NCBI GenBank assembly: GCA_963977015.1
Contig: CAXBMO010000003.1
Span: forward strand, 32,001-96,000
Origin: an uncultured bacterium
GTDB lineage: Bacteria; Verrucomicrobiota; Verrucomicrobiia; Verrucomicrobiales; DEV007
Length of the DNA: 64,000 nucleotides
Direction: 5' to 3'
Every line of letters starts with the position of its first letter. The stretch's first letter is position 1. This document shows positions 48,001-57,990 of the stretch, one piece after another. A program made the translations under genes and the position numbers. Below the pieces are notes generated by a model. The model worked only from the letters and a program-made list of their open reading frames with translations, was not told where the DNA came from and searched no databases.

Positions 48001-50419
48001 CCCATTCGTTCTTGTGCCGGATTTGTCCTCCGGCCGTCTTGATTTTGGTTGTCGTCCAAACTTCGCGCTCAATCGTCAATTTGGCTTCCACGCTCCCCTC
48101 GTAAATTTGCTCATCCCGGGTAACCGGCAGCATCTCCAGTTGGATCGGGTTACCGGCCTCGAGCCAGCCATCCGGCAGCTTGAGACCAAGGTAGTAGTCC
48201 GAGGAATGAACCAAAAAGCTGGACTGCTGACTGATGGTTTGCTGGTTGATATCGGTGATATCCACCCCCAGTTGGACGCGAACCGGTTGCTCCAGTTCTC
48301 CAGTTGGAATGAAGTCGAGTTTGGCGACGCTGGAGCCTTCCGGCGAAAGTTCCTCCTCACCGGCTTTGTGCCCGCGAATATTGGGATTCTCCTCCCCAAA
48401 CGTATACGCCTCAAAGTTCGAGGGCCGGAACGTCGACGCGAAGTAGGACGCGTGCCATTGCATCTGGGCCTTGGAGAGAGGCTTACCCCGATAGTAATTC
48501 GCCTTCACCGGTATCTCAATGGCTTCGTTTCCATCGTAGGTTCCCTGCCCGTTGACGTGAACTTCAAAGGTGTTTGGCCGGTAGTCGGCTACCGTGAAAT
48601 AATGGCTCGCAAACCGATCATAGTGATCGTCCTCCGGATCGTTTGGGTTTTTCCCTAACAACGCGTCAAAGTCGAGTTGTGCCCGATAGCTGCCGACATT
48701 TCCCATGGGGATTGGGAAGGAAACATCCAGGGAACCGCGCTCCGAGAAGGAAACATCGCGCTTTGATACCACCATTCCCCTGCTGTCATAGATTGTCAGT
48801 TTGGCATCAAAGGACTTCCCGCGGTTTGGTCGCGCCAACCGGTCTCCATCAGCCATTCTTGTGACCGCCTTGAGGTTTACCGTGTCCCCCGGTTTGTAGA
48901 TCCCCCGATCGCTGAACATGAAGGTCCGGAGGCGGACGTCCGGAGTTCTCCAATACTTTTGATTGATGTCAAACCGCCATGTGGAAAGGCCATACTTCAT
49001 GCTCGGATCAAAGTCCGTTGCATAGCGGTCTTGTCCGTGGCTTGCGACGAGGTAAGTGGTTTCCGCATTGGAACCCGTCAGTGGAAAACTGACGACACCG
49101 TCTTGGTTCGTTGTCTGGGTGGAGAGTTCGGTGTTGTCGGAATCAAAGAGTTGCAGTTCAGCTCCCGGAACGGCTTGGCCTGTTTTGAGGGAAAAGGCGT
49201 AAACCAGAGCCTGATCGCGATTCTTTTTCCATACGATTCCCAGATCGGTGAGCTGAACAATGCTGGAAGCGCCGACGCGATGCTTCTTCAAGTTGGGGTG
49301 ATCCCGGGATTCTCCCTCGACCGCAAGATAGAGACCCGCAGAGGTTCCTTCCGGCAGAATATCGCTCCAATTGATCTCGTAACTGTCGCTATGATCGAGT
49401 TCGCTTTTCAAGGTAATCGTTTCGTCATAGATGACTTTGCCGGGAACCATTTCAAAGGCGGGGTATTTCTGCCCTTCCTCCCAATCGATCTTTTCGGGGT
49501 TGTAGATCGCATAGCCGCGTTTCGCATAGACGAGCGCGTTGCCCTTCAAGTCCTTGACGCGAATTCGGAGGCTTTCCAGGTTCCCGGCCAGGATCTTGAA
49601 CTTGCCTTCTCCGCTGATTGGTTGCGCAACCTCGTAATCGGGGAGGGTAATGAACCCTTCGCGCGGCTCAAACGTGACGGTCGAGCGATAAGCCTCTTCC
49701 AGCTCAAGATCGTCTGTCGCCAGCAATCCCGCCCGGACGAGGAGGTCGTATTTTTGCCCATACTTGAAATCGCCATGCAAGCGGACGCTGCGTTGGAACG
49801 TTTCGATTCTGAGATTCTCGGGCGTCGGCGAGAGTTGAATAAAGCGATCCAAATTGCTGGCAACCGTCTGTTCGATTGCTTTGGAAAATGACACCCCGAT
49901 GGTGGGCTCTGAATTGTAGGGGTTCTCCGCGTAAGAACTCGTCACGGTGAAGGGCCTAACCGAGCCAGCTCCGACGTTGACCCGCTTTTTCAATTGAAAC
50001 TGTCGATCTGAGGCCCGGAGCCCTTCTGGAACCACCAGCTTCCAGTTCTTTCCGACCGGGAGCAGTCGCGAGGGAGAAACGGTCAGAAACCGTTCGGCCG
50101 GAGGAGAGGTGCTGTCCTGACTGCCATAATATTTCCAAAATCGCTCAATCTCGTCAGCGGTCGAATTGCGGACTGTCGCATTCACGGCCTTGCCATCATG
50201 ATCCTCAAAAAAAAGCTCCCTTCCGGCACGGGTGGGAGCAACTGGCGAATTAAAGAGCAGGGTGAATTTGGGGGCTCTACTGGCGTTGTAATAATAACGC
50301 GGATAGTGCTGAAACGTTAGGGCGGAGTCAGCGCTATCCTGATTTGCGGCATCCTGCGAGAAGGCGGGGGCACAAATGGCTGCCGAAAGCAGCGTGGCGA
50401 CGAAGAGAAGTTTTTTCAT
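45026..50419 (-). CDS. Bacterial alpha-2-macroglobulin
   Basis: SDRGIYKPGDTV (MG2), RKDFRATAFW, thioester YPYGCVEQ and EAMYEP. Confidence 0.95.
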   Translation of the reverse strand: MKKLLFVATLLSAAICAPAFSQDAANQDSADSALTFQHYPRYYYNASRAPKFTLLFNSPVAPTRAGRELFFEDHDGKAVNATVRNSTADEIERFWKYYGSQDSTSPPAERFLTVSPSRLLPVGKNWKLVVPEGLRASDRQFQLKKRVNVGAGSVRPFTVTSSYAENPYNSEPTIGVSFSKAIEQTVASNLDRFIQLSPTPENLRIETFQRSVRLHGDFKYGQKYDLLVRAGLLATDDLELEEAYRSTVTFEPREGFITLPDYEVAQPISGEGKFKILAGNLESLRIRVKDLKGNALVYAKRGYAIYNPEKIDWEEGQKYPAFEMVPGKVIYDETITLKSELDHSDSYEINWSDILPEGTSAGLYLAVEGESRDHPNLKKHRVGASSIVQLTDLGIVWKKNRDQALVYAFSLKTGQAVPGAELQLFDSDNTELSTQTTNQDGVVSFPLTGSNAETTYLVASHGQDRYATDFDPSMKYGLSTWRFDINQKYWRTPDVRLRTFMFSDRGIYKPGDTVNLKAVTRMADGDRLARPNRGKSFDAKLTIYDSRGMVVSKRDVSFSERGSLDVSFPIPMGNVGSYRAQLDFDALLGKNPNDPEDDHYDRFASHYFTVADYRPNTFEVHVNGQGTYDGNEAIEIPVKANYYRGKPLSKAQMQWHASYFASTFRPSNFEAYTFGEENPNIRGHKAGEEELSPEGSSVAKLDFIPTGELEQPVRVQLGVDITDINQQTISQQSSFLVHSSDYYLGLKLPDGWLEAGNPIQLEMLPVTRDEQIYEGSVEAKLTIEREVWTTTKIKTAGGQIRHKNEWVYQPVSEQVVTVQKDANQTVTLPEGGTYRFTLETTGDESKIKTVTKRYIWGDGDVYWAHRDGDAIELVTDQESYVVGDTAKIMVRSPILGTALITTERAGVYRTFVRELSSKSQMIDLPITGTDAPNLFVSVLVIRGSQDSPHKYQDTDYKLGYCELKVSQPANALSVSFQQSQAEVLPGSQVEVVASIHDSSGQPVANAEVALYAVDRGVLSLTGYEIPDPGSVFHSPYPLSVKTWHTLFDVMTENPEERNYSNKGLMIGGGGSDLAMLRQNARKDFRATAFWEGTLLSDADGTVTASFTAPENLTEFKIFAVALGVDTDQYGSGSSKVTVNKPVVIEPALPAFANVGDQFLLQAVVHNTTNEDGRFEVTMTPDETIQFLETNFQIVPAAIEPVTTDGAWKAVIDLKAQSTEAIRLPVEFVETGEATWTWTIRDLNQNAKARTDSVETSLRVGYPVPLLRETHHVRLAPNSNGNLLASFGPDVMNGMGDIDVTISNTRMLEALDALEYNLQYPYGCVEQTTSSTLPWMTMNSLEKAFPSLTKDQEEKAEAINHGLNRLLSMQTHSGGLSYWPGAQEPMLWGSAWGGLALALGQQQGFDLPQERLDSLWSWLSGQLRTEKGQEGQGDSDYYYRCLGLYTLAIAGKAEPSYHEVYYEDRDKMKSDAKALLALAILEGGTAEQKPLVNELLKAEELESTMRWYGKGVALSTRLIALTKLDAQSTAVDETLNQLLSHRKPPYGWGSTYANAWPLLALANIADKEVIDSKPASMSLAWGDENPSIDLEGTFSSQNIRFGFEGDIRTRALNFENGNDAPLFANISVATRPEELSAEAKDRGFQIRRTYYKLAPDGALTESTHFEVGDLVVVDLETGIPNDNETYLAIDDPLPGVFEAINPAFENRANVDTPLNRWKQLRRDYEEIRTDRALFFSNEVWKKGTYSIQYLARVVASGNVSAPPAKIEAMYEPQRYGLSATTRITASLPTAKENQVAQK

Positions 50420-50686
50420 CTTACCGATTGGGTGTGTTTTGATTTCACGAACAATGTGAAAGGCTGCGAAGTAGATTTTATCAGACTGGTATCGGAAACT
50501 GAACGCAAAAAGAGACGGTCCTTTTGAGATTACCCCAGTTTGACGCAATCCCTTTCAAACTTGCGTGATAAAACTCCCCGAATTTTGTAGCGGCAGACAA
50601 CGATTTGGCCCTTTCTCGAAAGCTGCGGAATTGGCTTCTTCCCAATATTGGTTGTGGAGTTGGCGCGCTTTGCTTTACTCGCGCCT

Positions 50687-51403
50687 ATGAACACGAAGGA
50701 AGTTTCAAGAGCGATGATCCTGGCTGCCGGCAGAGGGACGCGAATGAAGAGTCTGACCGACGATGTGCCCAAGCCGATGTTGCCCGTGCAGGGAAAACCG
50801 ATTCTCCAGCACATCGTGGATGGACTCTCGAAGAACGGAGTTCGCGAATTCCTGATCGTGGTCGGTTATCGGAAGGAAGTGATTATGGAGTTTTTTGGCG
50901 ATGGCTCAAAGTTTGGCGTCAAAGTCGAATATGTTGAGCAAGTCACTCAGGATGGAACCGGTAAAGTTGTGGAGTTGGGACGCGGTTTCACCGGAGAGGA
51001 CCCCTTTGTTCTCAGCTACGGTGATATTCTGGTTTCACCGGAAAGCTATGCCCCTCTCGTAGAGCTCGATGGAGACGACGCCCGGATGACGGTCAAAGTT
51101 GATCAGGATGTTTCCAAAGGCGGCGCCGTCTTCATTACGAATGACTATGTCACCGATCTTATTGAAAAGCCTCAACCGGGTCAGCCGACGAGCCCATACT
51201 ACAACGCGGGGATCTACACCTTTACTCCGGAAATTTACGACTACATCGCGAATCTCGAACTGTCTCCTCGGGGTGAATACGAGCTGACTGACGCGATCCG
51301 CAATATGGCGTTGGATGGTAGAAAAGTCCGAGCCGTTGAGCTGAGCGGAGATTGGGCCGATGTGAGGGACCCGGAAGTTCTGGCCGAACTGAACGACGCT
51401 TAA
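50687..51403 (+). CDS. Sugar-phosphate nucleotidyltransferase (RmlA/GlmU-like N-domain)
   Basis: ILAAGRGTRM, PKPMLPV, EKP and SPRGEYELTDA. Confidence 0.9.
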   Translation: MNTKEVSRAMILAAGRGTRMKSLTDDVPKPMLPVQGKPILQHIVDGLSKNGVREFLIVVGYRKEVIMEFFGDGSKFGVKVEYVEQVTQDGTGKVVELGRGFTGEDPFVLSYGDILVSPESYAPLVELDGDDARMTVKVDQDVSKGGAVFITNDYVTDLIEKPQPGQPTSPYYNAGIYTFTPEIYDYIANLELSPRGEYELTDAIRNMALDGRKVRAVELSGDWADVRDPEVLAELNDA

Positions 51404-51414
51404 GCGTCGCTGCT

Positions 51415-52044
51415 TCAGGGAACCTTGAACTGAATGGTCTCTCCGGTTCGCTCGGGATCCTGGACTTCCACAGGCGTTCCCGGTGGAATACCGCGAACAT
51501 CAATATCCGGGAGATCACGATTCGGAAGCGTCACATATCCGGAACGTCCGGGGACCGCGACCGCGAACGGGAGATTATTGAGTTTTGGTACCGATGAACT
51601 TGAATCCGCCGCCTTTGAAGAATTGGAACCGATTGATGACTGGCTTGATCGATTCGATGAAACCGGCGTAGAACCGCTGCTCCACGGCGAGGGCGCAGGC
51701 TTTTTGACCTGAGGTTTGGGCTTGGAACTCACGGATGCGCTCCTCGTTGATGAACTCGAAGTGCGATTGCTCGCGTAAGTTTCACGTTTTGGAACTCCTG
51801 CGCCAATCCCGGACCAAATTGACGTTGGTCGGCCGGAAGACATCTGCCGACGCTCCTTTGCCCTCTGTTCCAGCCGCGATTCGAGGCGCGCCAATCCTTT
51901 TTGACTGCGATCACCGATTTCAGCGAACCCTTGGCGAAGGTTCTTGGCAACGGGCTTCAGTTGAGTCGCGGCATTTTCCATGACCACACAACTGCTGAGA
52001 GAGGACGCCAAGAGCAAGGCGAGGAGTGAAATGGGGAGTTTCAT
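51415..52044 (-). CDS. Ser-rich lipoprotein with a small conserved C-terminal beta domain
   Basis: LSSC lipobox; C-terminal VPGRSGYV...IDVRGIPPGT...FKVP motif that I recall from verrucomicrobial lipoproteins. Confidence 0.7.
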   Translation of the reverse strand: MKLPISLLALLLASSLSSCVVMENAATQLKPVAKNLRQGFAEIGDRSQKGLARLESRLEQRAKERRQMSSGRPTSIWSGIGAGVPKRETYASNRTSSSSTRSASVSSKPKPQVKKPAPSPWSSGSTPVSSNRSSQSSIGSNSSKAADSSSSVPKLNNLPFAVAVPGRSGYVTLPNRDLPDIDVRGIPPGTPVEVQDPERTGETIQFKVP

Positions 52045-52154
52045 TGGTTACGCAGAGTTAATTAAAATTATCAAAATTGTAATCCAGTTCAATTCACTTG
52101 CAAAGGAATGCATGAATCCGGATCAAGCTGAAGGACCAACTCTCCGCAATGCTG

Positions 52155-53000
52155 TCAGTTCAGGAGCTTTTCGCCAAGCGAATTCCAGGTGAGCTGCCCC
52201 GACTCAATCAAGGAGATCTCGTCTGCGAGTGTTTCTTTGAGCGCCGCCAGGTCTTCCGTTGTGGAGCCTTCCTGAATGCATAGGGCGACCGCTTCCCGGT
52301 GTCCTTCCTGCGCGGACTCAACGGCTGTGACGAAGTCTTTTGCCATCTCAGCATCAATAAACGCCTTGCACGACCGCCAGATTTCCGGGGAAATGACGCG
52401 TCCGGCAGCCCACCGTTCGTGGGCGTAGTTGGAGAGCGCCTTGGCGAGGGTTTTGTTGGCCCGGTCGTCCAAGCCGAGAATCTGGTAGGTTGGGCGACTT
52501 AGGAAAAACGCCTTCAACACCATTTGATTCCAGCCCTCTTCGTCAAAGTGTTTTGAGGGGAAGGTGTTGTTGAGCGCGATGGCATCAAAGACGTCGACGA
52601 TGTTGGTCCGAAGTCCTTCGCGGGCCAGAGGAGAAAGTTCATCGGGAAAAGGGAGGAAATGAAACGTGGAAAAGATCGCCACGGTTTCGCGTAAATCCGC
52701 CGTCTCTACCAAGGCTTTGAGCGAACGGAGAAACAGCTCGGAATCCTGCTTTCCCAAAAACTGAAGCATCACCGAGCGAGCCAATTGATCGACCGTCCAC
52801 TGCTTTTCCGGCTCAGACTCGCTTGAACCTGGTGCTCGAAAGGAGATCGGAGTTTTCGGGAACAAGCGTGTCGCTCCGCTGAACGCGTAGAAGAACTTTC
52901 GCTGGTTAAACTCAGGATCAGAAGACAAGAATTGATCTAGCCAGGCATTTCCCTCCGAATCGGAGTTTGCCCGAAGAATGTTGAGAAAATCGTCAAACAT
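52155..53000 (-). CDS. eboA: EboA domain protein
   Basis: WTVDQLAR, EGLRTN, FDAIALNN, WNQMVLKAFF, GLDDRAN and YAHERWAAGR. Confidence 0.88.
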   Translation of the reverse strand: MFDDFLNILRANSDSEGNAWLDQFLSSDPEFNQRKFFYAFSGATRLFPKTPISFRAPGSSESEPEKQWTVDQLARSVMLQFLGKQDSELFLRSLKALVETADLRETVAIFSTFHFLPFPDELSPLAREGLRTNIVDVFDAIALNNTFPSKHFDEEGWNQMVLKAFFLSRPTYQILGLDDRANKTLAKALSNYAHERWAAGRVISPEIWRSCKAFIDAEMAKDFVTAVESAQEGHREAVALCIQEGSTTEDLAALKETLADEISLIESGQLTWNSLGEKLLN

Positions 53001-53067
53001 GATGTTCTCCCAACCTAGACCTGCCTCGTTTTCCTGCAAGCTTCCACAGGGCGCGGCTGTCGGTGAC

Positions 53068-53865
53068 TTAGCGTTTGTCGGTGCTTTCGAAGATTTTGTC
53101 GGCGGATTGGGCCAGGAATCCCGAAAATAGTTCGCCATTTGGCATGGGGTGCCGCTGGGCGAATTCATAGTAGCAGGATGGAATGGTTTCGACGCCATCC
53201 GAAAAAGTTACGGCGACTCGGTTCGCGAGGGTTGAGGCCTGCTCGAGCATGGATTCGGTGGAGCCCTTGATCTCGCCGCCGCTTGCGTTGATTTCGAACC
53301 CGTTTTCCTTCAAAAACTCGACCAACTCGCGAATGCCAGGGAAAGTGTTCAAGGAGTTGACGAGAATCGTGAAGTGGTTTGGGCGAAAACCAAACGCACC
53401 CATCCAGGCTGCGTATTCGCTTTCCTTGCGAAGATTCTCATACGTTTCGAAGCTCAAATTCCAAGGGCGCCCTGAAAGGGAGGCATGGAGATTGCCAGCC
53501 ATGTCTTCGGGGGCGTCTTCAAGCAATTCGGTCACGGTCTTCTGCAACTCAGGCGAAAAAGCTTCAAGCTGGAGCTGACTGATGAAAATTCGCGGAAATG
53601 AGGAGTCCGGATGCTCGAAATGCCGGGCATCGAGATGTTTTCCCGGGAATTGATAGGATCCAGCTTGTTCGTAGCCTTCGCTGAGAAAGGGTTTCGCGAG
53701 AACCTGAAGATCGACTCTCGGCTCATTGAAGGTTCGGAGCGCAATGTGATCATTAACGATTTGCTCGCCACGCTCAGTCAGGAGATCGAAAATCCGCTTC
53801 GCGTCGGGATTCAAGGCGAGGTAATCTCCCCATAGGAGTTGGAAAAGTTTGGTGAGGTTGTTCAT
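53068..53865 (-). CDS. DUF1338 family protein (HglS/YdcJ-like 2-oxoadipate dioxygenase/decarboxylase)
   Basis: NDHIALRT, ESEYAAW, NHFT, LEQAST, YYEFAQR and ADKIFEST. Confidence 0.88.
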   Translation of the reverse strand: MNNLTKLFQLLWGDYLALNPDAKRIFDLLTERGEQIVNDHIALRTFNEPRVDLQVLAKPFLSEGYEQAGSYQFPGKHLDARHFEHPDSSFPRIFISQLQLEAFSPELQKTVTELLEDAPEDMAGNLHASLSGRPWNLSFETYENLRKESEYAAWMGAFGFRPNHFTILVNSLNTFPGIRELVEFLKENGFEINASGGEIKGSTESMLEQASTLANRVAVTFSDGVETIPSCYYEFAQRHPMPNGELFSGFLAQSADKIFESTDKR

Positions 53866-53916
53866 GAAAATTAGACGTCGCAGAGGCGCCCAATCATCAC
53901 GAACCCCGCCAAAGCC

Positions 53917-55407
53917 CTACAGGTATTGATTCGCCGCCAACAGGGAGGTCAGTGAGCTAAACTTTTCCAATTGGGCTTGGTAGAGTGCGACGTTTTCGGC
54001 CAAAGGTTCTGCCCGGGTCTTATCGTCAAGCGCCACCCATTGATCACATAGCCGGGAAAGATCACTTCCAAAGTCCCCACTTGCGAATGCCGCTTGAATC
54101 GCGGCTCCGAGCCCCGCTCCTTCGGCTGTGGCCAGAGTCACAACCGGAACCCCGAAGCAATCCGCAGCGATCTGGCGCCAGATAGCGCTCTTGCTTCCGC
54201 CACCGGTAAGTCTGATTTCAGTCGGCGTGACTCCCAGTTCCCGGAGACGGCCCAAGCCGTAGGCAAGTCCCAGGGTTGCTCCCTCCATCGCCGCGCGCGC
54301 GAGATGTTGCGGGGTCATGTTGGAGGGTTTCAGACCAAAAAATGACCCCGACGCATTGGGTAGATTAGGGGTCCGTTCACCGTTCAGGTAGGGTAAAAAT
54401 GTTAGGCCTTCTGCTCCTGGCTTGGTCGAACTGACCGCACGTTCAAGTTCTGAAATCTCCCAGCCAAACATTTCTCGAACCTGCTCGGTGGCAACAGTCA
54501 CATTCATGGTGCAGACCAGAGGAAGCCATTGGTCGGTGCTGTCGCAAAATGCTGCGACTTCTCCCTTTGGATCAACGATCGGCCTGTCGGAACAAGCGTA
54601 GAGCGTTCCGGACGTTCCAAAACTGGCGGTGACGATTCCGGGCGTGACATTTCCGGTCCCGATCGCTCCCATCATATTGTCGCCACCTCCGGCGCTTACG
54701 ACGATGTCCTTGGTGAGCCCGAATTTCTCCGCAAGTTCCGGCTTGAGAGAGCAACTTCCAGAGGTGGATGAGCTCAGCTCGGGAAGCATTTCATTTACGG
54801 CCGGGTCAATGAAATTGATCAAATCTTCGCACCAGGTGCGGGTGCGCACGTCCATCAACCCTGTTCCGGATGCGTCTCCATATTCCATTCGAAGCTCCCC
54901 CGTCAGCCAGAAGTTGATGTAATCATGGGGAAGCAAAACATGTTTCGTAGCCGAAAAATGATCGGGCTCGTTTTGCTTGAGCCAGGCGATCTTTGGCGCG
55001 GTGTAGCCCGGGAGCATGGCGTTACCCCCTTTTTTGATCAGGCCCGTTGTGCCTCCAAAAGCCTCTTCGAATTGAGCGCATTGTTCCACCGTGGAAGTGT
55101 CGCACCAAAGTTTTGCGGGCCGAATCACCTTTTTGTCGGCATCGAGCACCACCAATCCATGTTGCTGACCGCTGACTCCAATTCCTCGCACCTCATTCTT
55201 TCTTTCTCCCAACTGGGAGAGGCAACTGGAGATGGTCGTTTCACAGGCCTCTATCCAGACTCTGGGCTCCTGCTCCAAGTGACCTTCAGACAGGCCCGAA
55301 ATCATCTCATAACCCTCCTGAGCTTCAGCCACCACGTGGCCGGAGTCCGTATCCAAAGCGATACATTTCGTGCTTTGGGTTCCGCTATCGATTCCGAGAA
55401 AAATCAT
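53917..55407 (-). CDS. xylB: Xylulokinase (FGGY family)
   Basis: GIDSGTQSTK, SGQQHG, LWCD, GDASGTG, GGGDN and PYLNGERTP. Confidence 0.9.
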   Translation of the reverse strand: MIFLGIDSGTQSTKCIALDTDSGHVVAEAQEGYEMISGLSEGHLEQEPRVWIEACETTISSCLSQLGERKNEVRGIGVSGQQHGLVVLDADKKVIRPAKLWCDTSTVEQCAQFEEAFGGTTGLIKKGGNAMLPGYTAPKIAWLKQNEPDHFSATKHVLLPHDYINFWLTGELRMEYGDASGTGLMDVRTRTWCEDLINFIDPAVNEMLPELSSSTSGSCSLKPELAEKFGLTKDIVVSAGGGDNMMGAIGTGNVTPGIVTASFGTSGTLYACSDRPIVDPKGEVAAFCDSTDQWLPLVCTMNVTVATEQVREMFGWEISELERAVSSTKPGAEGLTFLPYLNGERTPNLPNASGSFFGLKPSNMTPQHLARAAMEGATLGLAYGLGRLRELGVTPTEIRLTGGGSKSAIWRQIAADCFGVPVVTLATAEGAGLGAAIQAAFASGDFGSDLSRLCDQWVALDDKTRAEPLAENVALYQAQLEKFSSLTSLLAANQYL

Positions 55408-55540
55408 TCGGGAACCTGAGGTGTCGATAGCGGCTTTTCCACTGTTTTTCGAGTTCGGACCAAGCTCCAGCATTCCAACCAAAAAATAACCCACCTCGGC
55501 CGTCGCCAAAGTGGGTTATTCAGGAGTCTCAGGTGTGAAC

Positions 55541-56326
55541 TTATTCGGCCAATCGGACACGAAGCTCGCCGGAACTGATGTCCAGCACCTCGATACCGGC
55601 GACAATTTGGCGAAAGAACTCATACTCGCTTTCCAATCCGGCCAGAAGATTCTCTCCCTTGGGGATCCCGGCAAGCTCAAGCCAGGCTGTCGGCATCGGC
55701 ACTCCAGCAATGTTGACGTCGCGGATGGTCAAATCCATGCTTCCTCCGGGGGACTTTTGGAGGGCCAGATCCAAGCTCAAGCGGAGGGACTTGCCACCAA
55801 TCAAGGCAACCTGTTCATCCACCGGTTGCACATACTGGATGTCGATATAGCCGGGTTTGAAGAGAACCTTGACCCGTTCACCCAGATTGCTGTTGTGATT
55901 CAGCATTCCGTTAATTTCCCGTTCCGTCAGTCGCAACGTCCGCGGATCGGCCGGATCTGGAGGTGCCACCGCGGTCCCATTCGGCTGGATGAGAGTAACT
56001 TGATTGGTTTCAACGAGAAACCCGGGTTGATCGGCCGGGGCTGTGGAGCCGGCTTCTTCAAGGGCTTCCATTTTGGCTTCAAGCAGGAGCTGTTCCTGCG
56101 GAGTGAGATTGGTTGCCGCAATGTGAGCCTGGAAATAATAGCGGTAGGCGAAATACCCGGTCGCCATCAGGACCGCTAGAACACCGAGCGTAATCCAAAG
56201 CCAAAGCAGTTTTGGGGTTGTTTTTGCCGGCTGCTCAAACTGAGGTGCCTGATCGGGAATTCCTCCAGTTTCAGAAAAGGGGAGGGATGATGCGGGATTC
56301 GGAGAAAGGATGGATTGTTCACTCAT
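55541..56326 (-). CDS. Hypothetical single-TM membrane-anchored protein
   Basis: One TM segment followed by a periplasmic alpha/beta region (LTEREINGML..., GVPMPTAWL). Confidence 0.7.
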   Translation of the reverse strand: MSEQSILSPNPASSLPFSETGGIPDQAPQFEQPAKTTPKLLWLWITLGVLAVLMATGYFAYRYYFQAHIAATNLTPQEQLLLEAKMEALEEAGSTAPADQPGFLVETNQVTLIQPNGTAVAPPDPADPRTLRLTEREINGMLNHNSNLGERVKVLFKPGYIDIQYVQPVDEQVALIGGKSLRLSLDLALQKSPGGSMDLTIRDVNIAGVPMPTAWLELAGIPKGENLLAGLESEYEFFRQIVAGIEVLDISSGELRVRLAE

Positions 56327-56487
56327 GATACTTCCTGTAAGTTTGGTTGGTAATGAATCGCCGCCAGCACGGCATTTTGTTCAAAGCATAAGACTTTTCA
56401 AAAGAATGTGGCGCTGGTATAAATCGACCGATCGTTTGTAACGCTGCCGCTGAAGATCGCGCTGTGAAGTTGACTCGAATCACTTTG

Positions 56488-57990
56488 ATGAAGCCCTATT
56501 GGATATTTTACCTGCTCATGATGAGCGTGGGAGGGCTTGGTGCCAACCCGAACTACGTTAAGGTGGAAGCTCTGCCACCCGTCCCAAAGCGTGAATTCCG
56601 TGGAGTTTGGGTCACGACCGTCCACAACGTGGATTGGCCCAGCAAGGCAGGGTTGTCGATGGAAGAGCAGCAGCAAGAGTTCATCGCCATTCTGGATCGA
56701 TGTGTTGAACTCAATCTCAATGCCGTGGTCCTCCAAATCCGTTCCCAATGTGATACGATTTGGCCTTCCAAAATTGAACCCTGGTGTCCCTGGTTTACCG
56801 GAACCATGGGAATGGATCCCGGTTATGATCCACTGGCCTTTGCGCTAAAGGAAACGCACCGGCGCGGTCTGGAACTACATGCCTGGCTCAATCCATTTCG
56901 GGTGATCAATTCAAGGTATGTGAATCCCTCCAAGACGCACTTGGCGGTTTCCCACAAAAAATCCCTGCGTTACTACGGCGACAAGGTCTGGTTGGAACCG
57001 ACCCAGGAATTTGCGAGGAAACGGGTTCTCGAAGTGGTAAAGGAAGTTCTCACCAACTACGATGTCGACGCCATCCATTTGGATGACTACTTCTATCCTT
57101 ACCCGGTGAAGAACGAAAAGGGAGAGTGGAGGCAGTTCAACGATTACTATAGTTGGACAGCCTACAAGGAATCCGGCGGCGAATTGACCAAGGGGGACTG
57201 GCGGCGCGAGCATGTAAACGATTTCGTTCGGGATCTGAGGGCTGAGGTTAAAGAGGTCAAGCCTTGGGTGAAATTCGGGATCAGTCCGTTTGGGATTTAT
57301 CGCCCGGGATACCCGGAGCAGGTGAAGGCGGGACTCGACACCTACGAAACGCTTTACACAGACGTGTTGCTCTGGTGGCAGGAAGGTTGGGTCGATTATC
57401 TGGCGCCGCAGCTTTACTGGGACACCACGCATCCTCAGCTGGGGTTTGCCGGGTTGTATGATTGGTGGCGCGACGAAAATGTTGTTCAGCGTCATCTCTG
57501 GCCGGGGATTGCAACGTATCGCATCAAGACCGAGCAGCGATCCGCCAAGGAGTCATTGCGGCAGATCGAGATTGCCCGATCGCACAACAACCTTCCCAAC
57601 GGAACGGGGCATCTTCACTTCAGCATGAAATCTCTGATGGAGAATGTTTCGAATGTGAACGGGATCCTGAAGGGCGGAGCCTACAGCGAGATCGCTCTTG
57701 TGCCGGAAAGTCCCTGGCTGATTCGAAAAACGGCACCCACCATTGCGGCAGAGGTCACCAAGACAAGCGACAGTGAATTCTCCCTCTCGTGGTCGGGAGG
57801 AGAAAGCGAAGACAATGTGCGGTGGTGGGTTCTGCAGACTCAGGATAAGGGGAAATGGAAGATTGACCGTGTGCTGCCGAAAGGTGTGAGATCTTTCAAG
57901 GTCCAAGGAAGCCCGGCCATGATTGCGCTGACTCCGGTTGGTCTAGCCGGCGAACTGGGAAATCCCGCAGCGTTTGAGAGAATGGAATAG
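56488..57990 (+). CDS. GHL10 family glycoside hydrolase (YddW/DigH-like)
   Basis: REFRGVWVTTVHNVDWPS, YDPL, HAWLNPFR, IHLDDYFYPYP, FGISPFG and DYLAPQLYW. Confidence 0.92.
   Translation: MKPYWIFYLLMMSVGGLGANPNYVKVEALPPVPKREFRGVWVTTVHNVDWPSKAGLSMEEQQQEFIAILDRCVELNLNAVVLQIRSQCDTIWPSKIEPWCPWFTGTMGMDPGYDPLAFALKETHRRGLELHAWLNPFRVINSRYVNPSKTHLAVSHKKSLRYYGDKVWLEPTQEFARKRVLEVVKEVLTNYDVDAIHLDDYFYPYPVKNEKGEWRQFNDYYSWTAYKESGGELTKGDWRREHVNDFVRDLRAEVKEVKPWVKFGISPFGIYRPGYPEQVKAGLDTYETLYTDVLLWWQEGWVDYLAPQLYWDTTHPQLGFAGLYDWWRDENVVQRHLWPGIATYRIKTEQRSAKESLRQIEIARSHNNLPNGTGHLHFSMKSLMENVSNVNGILKGGAYSEIALVPESPWLIRKTAPTIAAEVTKTSDSEFSLSWSGGESEDNVRWWVLQTQDKGKWKIDRVLPKGVRSFKVQGSPAMIALTPVGLAGELGNPAAFERME

Noticed and set aside
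42724-50419. Alpha-2-macroglobulin + pbpC pair as a novel defence system
   Set aside because: This is a well-known conserved pair (E. coli yfhM-pbpC) with an intact CxEQ thioester motif.
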